DNA of 63,906 nt, counting the filler, from Collodictyon triciliatum (lineage: Eukaryota): the NCBI GenBank assembly GCA_043381765.1. It is 6 parts of 6 records of this genome, joined end to end, with 100 filler letters (N's around TTAATTAATTAA, not from the genome) between each part and the next. Parts side by side here need not be neighbours in the genome. Positions count along the whole stretch, not along the records: positions 21,659 to 33,264 come from JBHJMP010002371.1; positions 33,365 to 44,914 come from JBHJMP010002372.1; 4 more parts are not named here. One strand, given 5' to 3'. Below the pieces are notes generated by a model. The model was not told where the DNA came from, did not search any database, and saw nothing but the letters and a program-made list of their open reading frames with translations. Position 1 is the stretch's first letter; the number at the start of each line of letters is the position of its first letter. The translations under genes and the position numbers were made by a program. Below, in pieces: positions 25,971 through 38,287 of the stretch.

Positions 25971-28900
25971 CAGGAATAATCGTGCTTTCTACCGGAATGA
26001 ACGTTGAAATTCGAAAGATTGCAATCAGTGTTGATGAGGTAGACACCTGGCGTAAAGAAACTTTTTTATTTCTTTTTTCATTAATAATAGAAGAATTCTC
26101 ATTTAATAATTATTCAGGTCTCTTCTAGCTGGACCTCTCATCAACCGGACCACTCAACAGCAGGAAAAAAAACCGTCACGAATGAAGTCGGTGGTGCAAC
26201 TGATTTTGTCAGGCTGATTAAACAGCTCTTCGATGCTTGTTCTGGTGCGTACAAACCACCCAGGTCTTCAGTTTTTTCCTTTTCTTTTTTCTTTCTTTCA
26301 AATTCATGTGGTTATTTTATTATCATTACTGTCACCCTATAAATAATCGCATGAATGAAATAGCCCTTTCCTTTTGGACGAAGTCTGCGAAGGACCGCAT
26401 AAGGCGAAGATTCGAGAAGAAATTCGAAGCGGGCTCATGACAGAGTCAAGAAATCTATGTAAATCTTAATTCATTACTAATTTGGTATTCACATCAACTG
26501 TTCTAATGAACACCAAATATAAGCCACTGTCATAATTTAATGAAAAATGTTTCGATGATAGGCGAGTATGAAAGAAGCGGTCAAACTGCGATGAAGTCAT
26601 CTCCACCAGATTACCTTGGAAGGGGATTGTGCTCTGAGCTCGCTATTCCTCCAAACATCGATCCGAACATTCTGAATGATGAAAATTGCTTCAACGAATC
26701 TGTCAGTCATGCATTTCGCAGTGATGGAGTATGTGAGTTGGGTCCCAATCTCAGAGGGGGAGGAAATGCTTCGTCACGAATGGCCCGCTCCAATGCAAGC
26801 ACCCCATCGCAAACACCCGGCGCCCCATTGCGAACACCCAGCGCCCAACCCGATTCATCATTCGACGTTCTCGAAATTCTGTCCAAACTCAACGAGGCCT
26901 ATCAGTCGACTTCAGCAAACTCAACACCTGGTCAGTTACCAAACATATCCCTACAACTGACTCAGGTGCTGGCGTCTCAGTTATTAATGAGTCCTACCAA
27001 GGAAGAAGATATCAAACTCGTTGAACGCCTTGTTGCACTTCATATGTCTTTAGTAGATAAACAAGCTCAAACTGCTGAGAAACAAGCAGCCATCCAGACT
27101 CGAAGCCTACGAGAACAAGCTGACATACAGACTCAGAGCCTACGAGAACAAAATGAATCAAAGCAAACGCTGATTCAGAGCCTTATTGACCAGGTGTCTC
27201 GTCTGCCAGCATCTCAGCAAACTTCGCAAGTTATTGAATCACTGGTGCACGTTATTTCACCACGAGCAACATCATCGAGCTCTGGCCAAACAAATGCAGG
27301 TATACCCTCACCCATGTCGCAATCTCATGATAATGTTGCTGTCATTACAAGTCAACAATCCAGAGTTAACATCACTCCCACTGCTCAACCGATTCCAACA
27401 AATCCTGCTACACTTCAACAAAAACCTCATGATGTTTCGCAAAACCCACCTCAGCAAGGAGCAATGCCGGCAACTACGGCATCAAATCAGTCCGGAACAA
27501 ACCAATTTACGACGATATCTGTCGATAACTCAACAAAAATTCAACCGATATTGACTTTCAACGATTGGATATCTAGAACAATCGAGTGCGTCGAGACACC
27601 CACGAATGCATCTGAGCTTTCCAAAGCCATATCCGAGCAACGAGACCAACAATACATCAAGAGCGTTGACAAGAAAAGAGCTTTTCGCATAATCAAGCTA
27701 TTCATGAAGGAACAAACCGCTTGGGATGAGAGCTTGAATGAACTTACTGCACTGGCCCCGGCAGGAGACAAACTCATTTCGGAGAAGCTGATAACATCTA
27801 TTGGCACAATGATGGATAAAAAAATGGAGAAGCTAGACCGCTTGCTAGATGCTTTGAATATCGTTGTGGGGAACACACTGAAGGAGGATTTCGACCACAC
27901 GTTGCTAGCTCAAGTCCTAGATATTCTGATAGAGCGTGTCGGAACTCTTTTTTCTTCGGACGAGGCTTTATGTCAAAGAATATTGGATAGTCTGATTTCC
28001 ATCCTGAATTCGCTCTATGTTTCTGGCGCATCAGGAATCCCTGAAGAAAAATACAAAGGCTACAAGGAGACATTTGACCAAAGCTGGATTGATAAAAAAA
28101 TTGAGACTCGTGGGGAAGACATCGATAACAAGATGCAAAGTCAATATTTTCAGGCCAAGAAATCTTTGTTCTGTGAGCTACTAAAGAATATTGGCGATGG
28201 CCAGAGTCCAGTCGTGAAGAATCTGAAAATCGCTGGAAGAGTTGGACTCGGTTTGTTCAACGCTGCATCTGCTGCTTTCTCTTTCGACATCAGCGGCACT
28301 TTGGATTCATTGCAGGAAGTTGCTACCGCTGTTGGAGAAATCGATATCAAAAAGAGTTGGTTTACATTCTATCAAATGTTTCGAGTCAGTTTATTTATCA
28401 GTGTCGATGAGGCGAAAAAAGTATGGGATTCTCAATTTTCAGGAAAGAAAGATAAAATTGGAGAAACCCTGGCATTCCTTATCATCGACACGATTTTTGA
28501 ATGCTATCGACACACTGACAATGGTTCTGAGCGAAGAAAGGTCTACGAATTAATCGAGTCCATCACACATCATGAAAAATGGTTGAAAAGTGAGGTTATT
28601 AACCGATTTGTGGAAACAAAAAAGCTAGAAATGACAACATATAAGCCAAAAGAGTCAAAATTACCTACTGCACTCTTTGAAAAAGCTGGAAAAGACGAGA
28701 GAACAATTCAAGACATCATCGAGAATATCAAGGAGGAAACCATTCGAAATGAAGAATTCAAAAGTCGTTTTAACACTTACATCTCTGGTCAAGCCGAAAG
28801 AATTGTTGAGAAAGGAAAGGTGTTTGGTGCCCAAGAATACATCCTGGATTTCATTGCATCCCCAAAAGAAAAAGTACTGCTCATACTTGGGGATTCTGGA

Positions 28901-31900
28901 TCTGGAAAATCGCTTTTGCAACAGTTTATTATTCGATTGCTTTGGGAAAAGTATGAACATGGAAAGTCACCTATTCCATTGTATGCTGCACTTACTTCTT
29001 TGGTAAAGCCTAGAGAAAACGCCATAGAGGAACTGCTTCTTTCAGAGAGTAAAAACAGCTTCTACATCCCAGACTCTGATTTCCGAAAAGATCAAATCAA
29101 AGAACTGAAAAAGAAACAATTCATCATTTTCCTGGATGGATACGATGAGATTGAAGATAGTGGCAAATCTTTTTATATTTCAAATAAACTTGAAGGATGG
29201 CCCAACTGCAAGTTTGTGATTGGATGCCGAAAGCAGTTTTTGGACAAGAAATATCAGTATCAATCATTTTTTGCCCCCAAAGCTAGTCATGGATACTCTC
29301 TGGATGAAATATATCTGAGACCTTTTGAAAGTAAGCAAAGGTTGGAGTACTTCAACAAGTATGCTGAGAGAAATCCCATTGAAGGATGGGAAAATGGTGA
29401 AAGGTACGAGGAAGAGCTGAAAAAAATCAAGGAACTGGACGAATTGGCCGTCACTCCGTTTATGATTTTCATGGCAGCCACCACACTTCCGTCTATACTA
29501 AAGGAAAGAGCTGAGTTTACTTCAAATTTTAATGAAAAAATCATGAGAACAGATTTTCTGGACAGGTTTTCGAGAAGATGGTTCGAACGCGAAAGAGAAA
29601 AGCTTGAAAATAACTTGTCGTTAAAGCAAAAAATGCCAGAAGATTTACAAAGATTGCTTTGGAATAAGTGCAAAGACATCTCGGAAGTCATGTTCCAGAA
29701 AGGCCATCTTGCTTTGGAGTACGAAAAAGTTGAGGGAAAGGCAAAGAGGCATGAATATGACGAATTTTTCCATCCCAATCCAGACCATATGATTGATGGT
29801 GAGTTAACTTATTCTGTCTTCGTATTGCGATGTGCACCCATCAAGAAATCTAGTGCCACAACCTATGAGTTCCTCCACAAGTCCCTCTACGAATTCTTTG
29901 CTGCTGAATACATCAGAATTGAAATCAATGGTTCTGATGCGGAAAATCAAAGTTCTACCGAATCATCAACGGAAGCTCAAAATGTTGCATCTTCCTCTGA
30001 AGCCGCGAATTCTATTCCTGGAAAATCTGATGCGAAATCACCAAGTTTCAAGCTTTTCAATGCTGTTCATTCTGTGATGAAATCAAAAGTGAAGACGAAT
30101 GTTCTGGATAAAAAGCTTGAACCTGCTATTCTTCTCAATTTGAGTGAAAAAGTGAACAAAGATAAAGCCTATAAAGACAATCTGTTTTCAATCATCGAGC
30201 AATCTAAGAAAGATGCAACCAAAGCGCAAGCTGCATCAAATGCCATCACAATTCTGAATTATGCCGACGTTCCATTCAGTGGCAGGGATTTCAGAGGGAT
30301 TCACATTCCAAATGCCGACATGTCACACTCTGTTGCTGATGGTACTGACTTCACTGGTGCCAACTTGGAGGGTGTTTTATTTTATAATGCGTGCATTTCA
30401 AACTGTGTTTTTGATAATGCAAATATGAAAGGCGTTAATTTTGGTCGTTTGCCTTTGTTTTTGGGACACACAGAATGTGTCTATAGTGTTTGCAGCATTC
30501 AAGGACCGAAAGGTGAAAAGTGGTTGGCCTCTGGAAGTAAGGATAAAACAATACGTCTTTGGGATGTAGCCACAGGAAACCAAATCAAAACATTGGAAGG
30601 TCATACAAATTATGTTAGATACGTTTGCAGTATTAAAGGACCGAATGGTGAGAATTGGCTGGCTTCTGGAAGTGATGATAAAACAATACGTATTTGGGAT
30701 GTAGCCACAGGAAATCAAATTAAAATATTAGAAGGACATACAGAATGTGTCAATAGTGTTTGCAGTATTCAAGGGCCGAATGGTGAAAATTGGTTGGCAT
30801 CTGGAAGTAAGGATAAAACAATACGTCTTTGGGATGTAGCCACAGGAAACCAAATCAAAATATTAGAAGGACATACAGAATGTGTCAATAGTGTTTGCAT
30901 TATTAAAGGACCGAATGGTGAACACTGGTTGGCTTCTGGAAGTTATGACAAAACAATACGTATTTGGGATGTAGCCACAGGAAGCCAAATCAAAATATTA
31001 GAAGGACATACAGAATATGTCTATAGTGTTTGCAGTATTCAAGGACCGAATGGTGAAAATTGGTTAGCTTCTGGAAGTAATGGTAGATCAATATATATTT
31101 GGGATGCAGACACAGGAAATCAAATTAAAATATTAGAAGGACATAAAAGTGTTGTCAGTAGTGTTTGCACTATTCAAGGACCGAATGGTGAACATTGGCT
31201 GGCTTCTGGAAGTGGTGATAAAACAATACGTATTTGGGATGTAACTGCAGGAAATCAAATCAAAATCTTAGAAGGACATACAGGTGGTGTCAATAGTGTT
31301 TGCAGTATTCAAGGACCGAATGGTGAATATTGGCTGGCTTCTGGAAGTGGTGATAACACCATTCGTATTTGGGATGTAGCCACGGGGAACCAAATCAAAA
31401 ATTTAGAAGGACACACAGGTACTGTCAATTGTGTTTGCAGTATTCAAGGACCGAATGGTGAAAACTGGCTGGCTTCTTCTGGAAATAGCGATAGAACAAT
31501 ACGCGTTTGGGATGTAGCAACAGGAAATCAAATCAAAATCTTAGAAGGACATACAGGATGGGTCACTAGTGTTTGTAGCATCCAAGGACCGAATGGTGAA
31601 TATTGGTTGGCTTCTGGAAGTGAAGGTAGAAAAATACGTATTTGGGATGTAGCCACAGGAAACCAGATAAACACATTAGAAGGTTATTTAGGCCGTATCT
31701 GGGGTCTTTGCAGAATTCAAGGACTGAATGGTGAAAATTGGTTGGTTTCTGGCAGTAGTGACCCAATAATACGCATTTGGGATGTAGTCACAGGAAATCA
31801 AATCAAAAAATTAGAGGGTCATAAACGACCTGTCATCAATTTTTGCAGTATTAATGGACCGAATGGTGAAAATTGGCTGGCTTCTGGAAGTGTTGATGAA

Positions 31901-32881
31901 ATAATACGCATCTGGGATGTAGCCACAGGAAACCAAATCAAAACATTAGAAGGTCATACAGATTGGATCATGAGTGTCTGCAGTATTCAAGGGCCGAATG
32001 GCGAAAAGTGGTTGTCTTCTGGGAGTAGAGATAAGACAATACGCATTTGGGATGTAGCCACAGGAAACCAAATCAAAACATTAGAGGGTCATACACAATA
32101 CGTCAATAGTGTTTGCAGTATTCAAGGAACGAAAGGTGAAAATTGGTTGGCTTCTGGAGGTAGTGATAACACAATACGTATTTGGGATGTAGCCACAGGA
32201 AACCAAATCAAAACATTAGAAGGACATACAAATTGGATCATGAGTGTCTGCAGTATTCAAGGGCCAAATGGCGAAAAGTGGTTGTCTTCTGGAAGTGGTG
32301 ATAGTACGATACGTATTTGGGATGTAGCCACAGGAAACCAAATCAAAACATTAGAAGGACATACAAATTGGGCCAACAGTGTTTGCAGTATTCAAGGACC
32401 GAATGGTGAAAATTGGTTGGCTTCTGGAAGTATTGATTAGAGTAGTTTGCATATTTGGGGTGAAGCCTCAAGAAATAAAATACACAGCCTGAAAAAATCA
32501 GAAGCGACCTACAATGAGAAGAGCCAATTGGTCATGAAAGATAAACCAGAAGTCATCGCAGTATTCAATAGTACAAGTGATGCGATGAATATGATTGATA
32601 CAAGCAGAATAATGAACGTGAGAACTGTTCGGATTATCGGCCCAAGAATACTTGAAGCTGCGAATACTCGTATAAACAAAGCCGAACTGGGTGTGATGAA
32701 CAAGAAATTATTTCTGCAAGAAGGTGCTGCTTCCTTTGATGCGGACTTTGTTTCCTATTGTGAGCAGGGTAAGTTCACTAAGTTCCAGGCTCAAATGATG
32801 GCTGAATGCTATGAGAATGGATGGGGTGTTGAGAAGGACATCCAGAAAGCAGCTGAGTGGATACAGAAAGCCACATCTTGA
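25971..32881 (+). CDS. NLR-like STAND protein: spliced N-terminal domain, Q/S/P-rich linker, ARM-like helical region, NACHT, pentapeptide repeats, 15 WD40 repeats, in-frame TAG (32438-32440), C-terminal segment with SEL1-like repeat
   Basis: Walker A GDSGSGKS (~28889), Walker B FIIFLDGYDE (~29120), YEFLHKSLYEFFAA, AASNAITILN, pentapeptide stretch ~30275-30445 and 135-nt WD40 units 30461-32460. Upstream exons 25971-26038, 26118-26263 and 26364-26458 splice in frame to 26562. The true start is further upstream and undetermined. Confidence 0.93.
30461..32460 (+). repeat. Coding tandem array of 15 x 135-nt (45-aa) WD40 units
   Basis: Consensus LEGHTxxVxSVCSIQGPNGExWLASGSxDxTIRIWDVATGNQIKx. Unit 8 has one extra codon. 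Confidence 0.97.
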
Positions 32882-33364
32882 TAAGGTAAGTAAAATCAAA
32901 AATACATATTAATTTATGTTCCTTAATTATGTTTATCTTAGATGGAGAGATTCTCTGGGTTTTTTCAAGCAGACCTCAGCTTTTTCCCAGACGGACGCTC
33001 CATGAAAACAGAATAAAACCATAAAAATGAAATTAGAGCTGATGGATGTCAATTAAATCCTCTCTCTTTTTCTCTTTTTTCTCTTTTTTTCTCTTTTTTT
33101 ATTCTTTTTTCTCTTTTTTCTCTTTTTCTCTTTTTTTCTCTTTTTTTCTTTTCTTTTTTCTTTTTCTTTTTTATTTTTTATTTTTTATTTTTTATTTTTT
33201 ATTTTTTATTTTTTATTTTTTATTTTTTATTTTTTATTTTTTATTTTTTATTTTTTATTTTTTANNNNNNNNNNNNNNNNNNNNNNNNNNNNNNNNNNNN
33301 NNNNNNNNTTAATTAATTAANNNNNNNNNNNNNNNNNNNNNNNNNNNNNNNNNNNNNNNNNNNN

Positions 33365-33500
33365 ATAAAAAAACCCAATAAAAAAACCCAATAAAAAAAC
33401 CCAATAAAAAAACCCAATAAAAAAACCCAATAAAAAACCCAATAAAAAAACCCAATAAAAAACCCAATAAAAAAACCCAATAAAAAAACCCAATAAAAAA
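33365..33500. repeat. (CCCAATA5-7)n tandem repeat at scaffold start
   Basis: About ten 12-13 nt units seen directly. Confidence 0.9.
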
Positions 33501-33551
33501 AAAACACCAAAAAACTAAAACAGTGACCACTTCAGCAAGGCAGCAACAAGA

Positions 33552-36500
33552 ATGTCGTCACGCACGATTCAAGCTAGCCAACCGATCTGGGCCGGGTGCA
33601 ACACGTGCAGCACGACCCGTAAGAAATCAAATCCACAGATACCTTCTCTACCGGCTAATCCAGAGAGAAAAAAGACACTCAAATCTGGATAGCGTGCCGG
33701 TCTTTATTTTTTTTTCCCCCTTCCTCAACACACATATAATCATACTTTTGATCATTGAACACACAAAGAGGACTTTCGCAAAAAGTACGACCAGCTTTCC
33801 TCGAGAGCGCATCCTTCGGCGTTGATGAGCCCGCTTCTTGTTAGTATAAATGTTGCATTTCAATATGCGCGCCCGACTTCATCCTTTTCCCCTCTTGAGG
33901 AAAAAAAAAATAATACATTCCATATGAAAATATTGAAAATGAAGTCAAGCCCTTCTGTATTTTTTCTTCTTCCTTTTTTTCCATACTAGCTCTCTTATCA
34001 CTCACCAGAGTTGTGTATTGATAACTGTGTTAATGAAGTAAATATTACATACTGNNNNNNNNNNNNNNNNNNNNNNNNNNNNNNNNNNNNNNNNNNNNNN
34101 NNNNNNNNNNNNNNNNNNNNNNNNNNNNNNNNNNNNNNNNNNNNNNNNNNNNNNNNNNNNNNNNNNNNNNNNNNNNNNNNNNNNNNNNNNNNNNNNNNNN
34201 NNNNNNNNNNNNNNNNNNNNNNNNNNNNNNNNNNNNNNNNNNNNNNNNNNNNNNNNNNNNNNNNNNNNNNNNNNNNNNNNNNNNNNNNNNNNNNNNNNNN
34301 NNNNNNNNNNNNNNNNNNNNNNNNNNNNNNNNNNNNNNNNNNNNNNNNNNNNNNNNNNNNNNNNNNNNNNNNNNNNNNNNNNNNNNNNNNNNNNNNNNNN
34401 NNNNNNNNNNNNNNNNNNNNNNNNNNNNNNNNNNNNNNNNNNNNNNNNNNNNNNNNNNNNNNNNNNNNNNNNNNNNNNNNNNNNNNNNNNNNNNNNNNNN
34501 NNNNNNNNNNNNNNNNNNNNNNNNNNNNNNNNNNNNNNNNNNNNNNNNNNNNNNNNNNNNNNNNNNNNNNNNNNNNNNNNNNNNNNNNNNNNNNNNNNNN
34601 NNNNNNNNNNNNNNNNNNNNNNNNNNNNNNNNNNNNNNNNNNNNNNNNNNNNNNNNNNNNNNNNNNNNNNNNNNNNNNNNNNNNNNNNNNNNNNNNNNNN
34701 NNNNNNNNNNNNNNNNNNNNNNNNNNNNNNNNNNNNNNNNNNNNNNNNNNNNNNNNNNNNNNNNNNNNNNNNNNNNNNNNNNNNNNNNNNNNNAAAATAA
34801 AATAAAATAAAATAAAATAAAATAAAATAAAATAAAATAAAATAAAATAAAATAAAATAAAATAAAATAAAATAAAATAAAATAAAATAAAATAAAATAA
34901 AATAAAATAAAATAAAATAAAATAAAATAAAATAAAAATAAAAAGGGAAGAGTTAAAGCATGGTTTTGGTGTCATAATTTCGTTTTCTGGTGTGTGAATA
35001 GCTTACAACGACTGACTGCAAAATCACCTGTCATATATTTATTAAATAAAGGAGTCCCGTCGTGGATGCATCTGTTCGTCCATCCTTATTCAGCCAGCCA
35101 CCACAATCCACGCGCGTACCATCTCTGAATCACTACACAACAGATGAGAATGTCCGCAACTATCTTGAATATCGCAAATACTCCAAAGAGATGGCAAGAA
35201 TGAATCTATTACAACACGAATCAAGTACACGACCGCTTGTTACAAATCCCAACAGTTATGCGGATGTGCCCATTGAAAACAAATACCTACGCAATCAAAA
35301 TGATCATAACGCAGAGATCGATGCTTACATGAATCAACAGAAAATGTCTGACAAAATCAGTACGCGATGCCGATGTGAGCACGACCACCAAATAAATAGT
35401 GGACGCGACGTATCTGTCCAAGTAAATACAAAATCAGCTATTCAGCATGCAAGATACGAACAATATTTTTTATTTTAAAAAAAACATCATTTCGGTGCGT
35501 CTCTCAGAGTGTGTGCTATTTTCTTTAGAACATAATATTGCGCATCATATGGTGATTATTATACTTCATCTATCACTTAGACATTATGCGAGGCCAAAGT
35601 CCAAACAGATGACAAGATGTTTCAGAACGGAGCCGTCGACGTGATTCCTTATCCCTTTATCGCATATGCATCTGTTTAAAAAGGAACCAATAAATGAAAC
35701 CAGTCCAAATGAAATCAATATTGCATATGTTCATATTTGCATGTAGAAGAACCAACTAATTTTTTCATCCCTCAATCATGCAAGATATCAACTCCGCATA
35801 AATCGCCGCGTTTTAATATGCACAAATCCCAACCTCCTCGATGTAGAGAGACAAAGTGCACCGACGCCCGCATTCTGCACCGAGACAGTCTGCCCCTCAC
35901 GACATCGTGCGTGCGAGTCATGCAACAATCCAAACACAAAGTCAAAGCGACAATGGAGATACGCGCTCTTCTTGTTCGCAGCAAACAAGCACTTACAACC
36001 CGCAATCCAGCATCACACCAATCTCAAGCATCCAAACAAATACACTTCGGCCTGCAACGTCTCAAACGTCTCACGCATCGTCTTCATCATCCCTGGAGCT
36101 ATCTGAAAGCTCCAAATTGACTTGGAGAGAGGCTTCCGTACGGCAAAAGCCATCACGTAAAGAGAGCCCACGAGCTCATCCGCAGCAAAGCGTACTTCAG
36201 CGAAGAAAAGCAAATATACAATTACCTCAAAGCAAGACAAAAGGATGCCCTCAAAACCTGGAGATGCAACAATCGTCAAAATCCACAGCGGTGTCGTCGA
36301 AGGTGCAGCAAAAGCCTGTTATTGTGAAGGAGAAGCCTTCAATACCTGTCACAAAGCCTGATGTGGGGAGGTATGCAAAGCAGGAGGTAATCTTGTCCAA
36401 GAGTGATCTGTACCCTGGAAAAGACGATGATGTGCTTTCTGCACAAAGCTTCGACCCTGACCAGATGGACCAAAAATACCTGGACGAACTGGCCCGCTCG

Positions 36501-38287
36501 TTAGGACGTCAGCGCCATCGTGCTGTGTGTTTCTTTATGTCAACTCAATATAACATTCGTATTCATATTCTTTGATCTTCGATTAATTATTTGGATTTAA
36601 GTATTCAATTTGCCGCTTGCTTTGGTGTAATGAAAAGTAAGGAGACAATAATATATAGACGTGAGTGCTTCTTTTCTCTTTTTCCCCGTCCCACCAACGC
36701 GTCTTAATTGTTCCAGAATGTCCGATTCGATGATGAGATGAACAGAGACGTAATTGAATCCGCAGCAGATTTGAGAGAATCATTGCCCTCATATAAATCT
36801 GTCGATAATGAGTTGAATCCCTCTCCGGCAAGCACTCCGTAAGTTTAGTTTTTTCTTTTTTGAGAAAGAGACGTATATGCATATTTTCAACGAAAGAAAA
36901 AGTTTGTAAACTTATCGCAAAAAGCCAAATAAGCCAAGAAAAGAAGTAACACAAAGCCAGCTGTTTCCATTTTCAATAACTTCCGTCCCCGAAAACAGAA
37001 TCAAGGGACCCGTCAGAAATGATATACCAGAACAAATGAGGTAACACTATTTGAATGTGTAAGTGTACTGAGGTTAAGATTAACTCATCTGATTTTTTTA
37101 TGCCTCAAGGTCTTCCATGGAGCAATTGGAGCGATTAGAAAAATTGTTGAATGAACACGTATTTTAGTACCTTTATTTTAAAAAAAATGAAAAACATCTT
37201 TTTACTTTCAAGCATCGTGGTAATTTTATCGAGTGAAATAAACTGGGTATACAAGTGACCAAAAGTCATTTATTCAGAAGTCTGACATGTCGGCCAAAGG
37301 AAACGCATCGGTTTCTGATCTTCGACAGTCACTCTCAGTGCGTAAAATCTCAACTTTTCATGCTATAACCCGAGCATGAATAGTTTTTTTTATCTTTACT
37401 TTCGATCATACTTTATCTCAATGGATATCTTTGAGGAAACCCGTTATCCTATTCTATTGCTTTGAATAATCGTATTTATGGCCCAGACTGTTTCGGATGA
37501 CACTTGGAGCAACATATCTGATTTGAATCGTCGAGCCACTGCGGGTATGTATTAGTCACAACAGAAGACAATTTTTTTTTAGGAAGTCAATTCATTATAT
37601 ATATTTCCTGGAACGCTTATCGCTCTATCACTCTGCACCGGGGGGATTAGTGAGAATATTTGAAGTTCACAATTGAAAATTGTTATCCATCAACGGAATT
37701 ATATTGTTTAACAACACGAAAGATGTAAACATAATTGAACTTTTTCATACACCACAGCAACCGTCGCTGAAATCATGAAGGGGCGAAGTGACTCGTTGGA
37801 ACCGGGTTCAGAGAGTATGTTTTCATTAAATCGAATAGAGGACAGTTTCCTCAGCTTTGTTTTCTATCAATAAACTATAGAGATGAAACCAAACCAACAA
37901 ACAAACAAACAAACAAACAAACAAACAAACAAACAAACAAACAAACAAACAAACAAACAAACAAACAAACAAACAAACAAACAAACAAACAAACAAACAA
38001 ACAAGTGATGTAGTAATCACGGCCTGTGCATCTAACAAGAAATCCCCGAAACAGACGCGCCAACTGGCCCAATCGCCACACCAAAGCGCCCGTCTATGTC
38101 TTTTCAGAATACAAACGGCTCCGCCCAAGCGCTCGGCCCGACGCACGAGGAGTGGATGAGGCAAATAAGCGACCATCTCCGCATCGTGGAAAGACAGCCA
38201 ACAAACGCACTTCTTTCAGATTCCGCCCCACAGGCTCAGTTGATGATGCCTGATTTGCCTTCACGATATGACCATCTCGACGCATAG
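33552..38287 (+). CDS. Multi-exon gene of unknown function, largely S/Q/P-rich low complexity
   Basis: GT/AG-bounded open segments at ~35052-35410, ~35800-36525, ~36718-36838 and ~37487-37544, with a last exon 38108-38287 (..EEWMRQISDHLRIVE..*). The start is uncertain and no domain was recognised. Confidence 0.5.
34794..34940. repeat. (AAAAT)n microsatellite
   Basis: Direct inspection. Confidence 0.97.
37893..38003. repeat. (AAAC)n microsatellite
   Basis: Direct inspection. Confidence 0.97.

Noticed and set aside
32438-32440. TAG reassignment (alternative genetic code) or a micro-intron removing the stop
   Set aside because: Nearly 2000 preceding codons and the conserved exons I translated contain no in-frame TAG/TAA. 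The adjacent GT..AG options (11 and 16 nt) shift the frame.
30461-32460. WD40 array as a CRISPR array or DGR variable region
   Set aside because: The units are in-frame coding repeats without unique spacers. Variation is not adenine-restricted, and no template repeat, DGR RT or cas genes are present.
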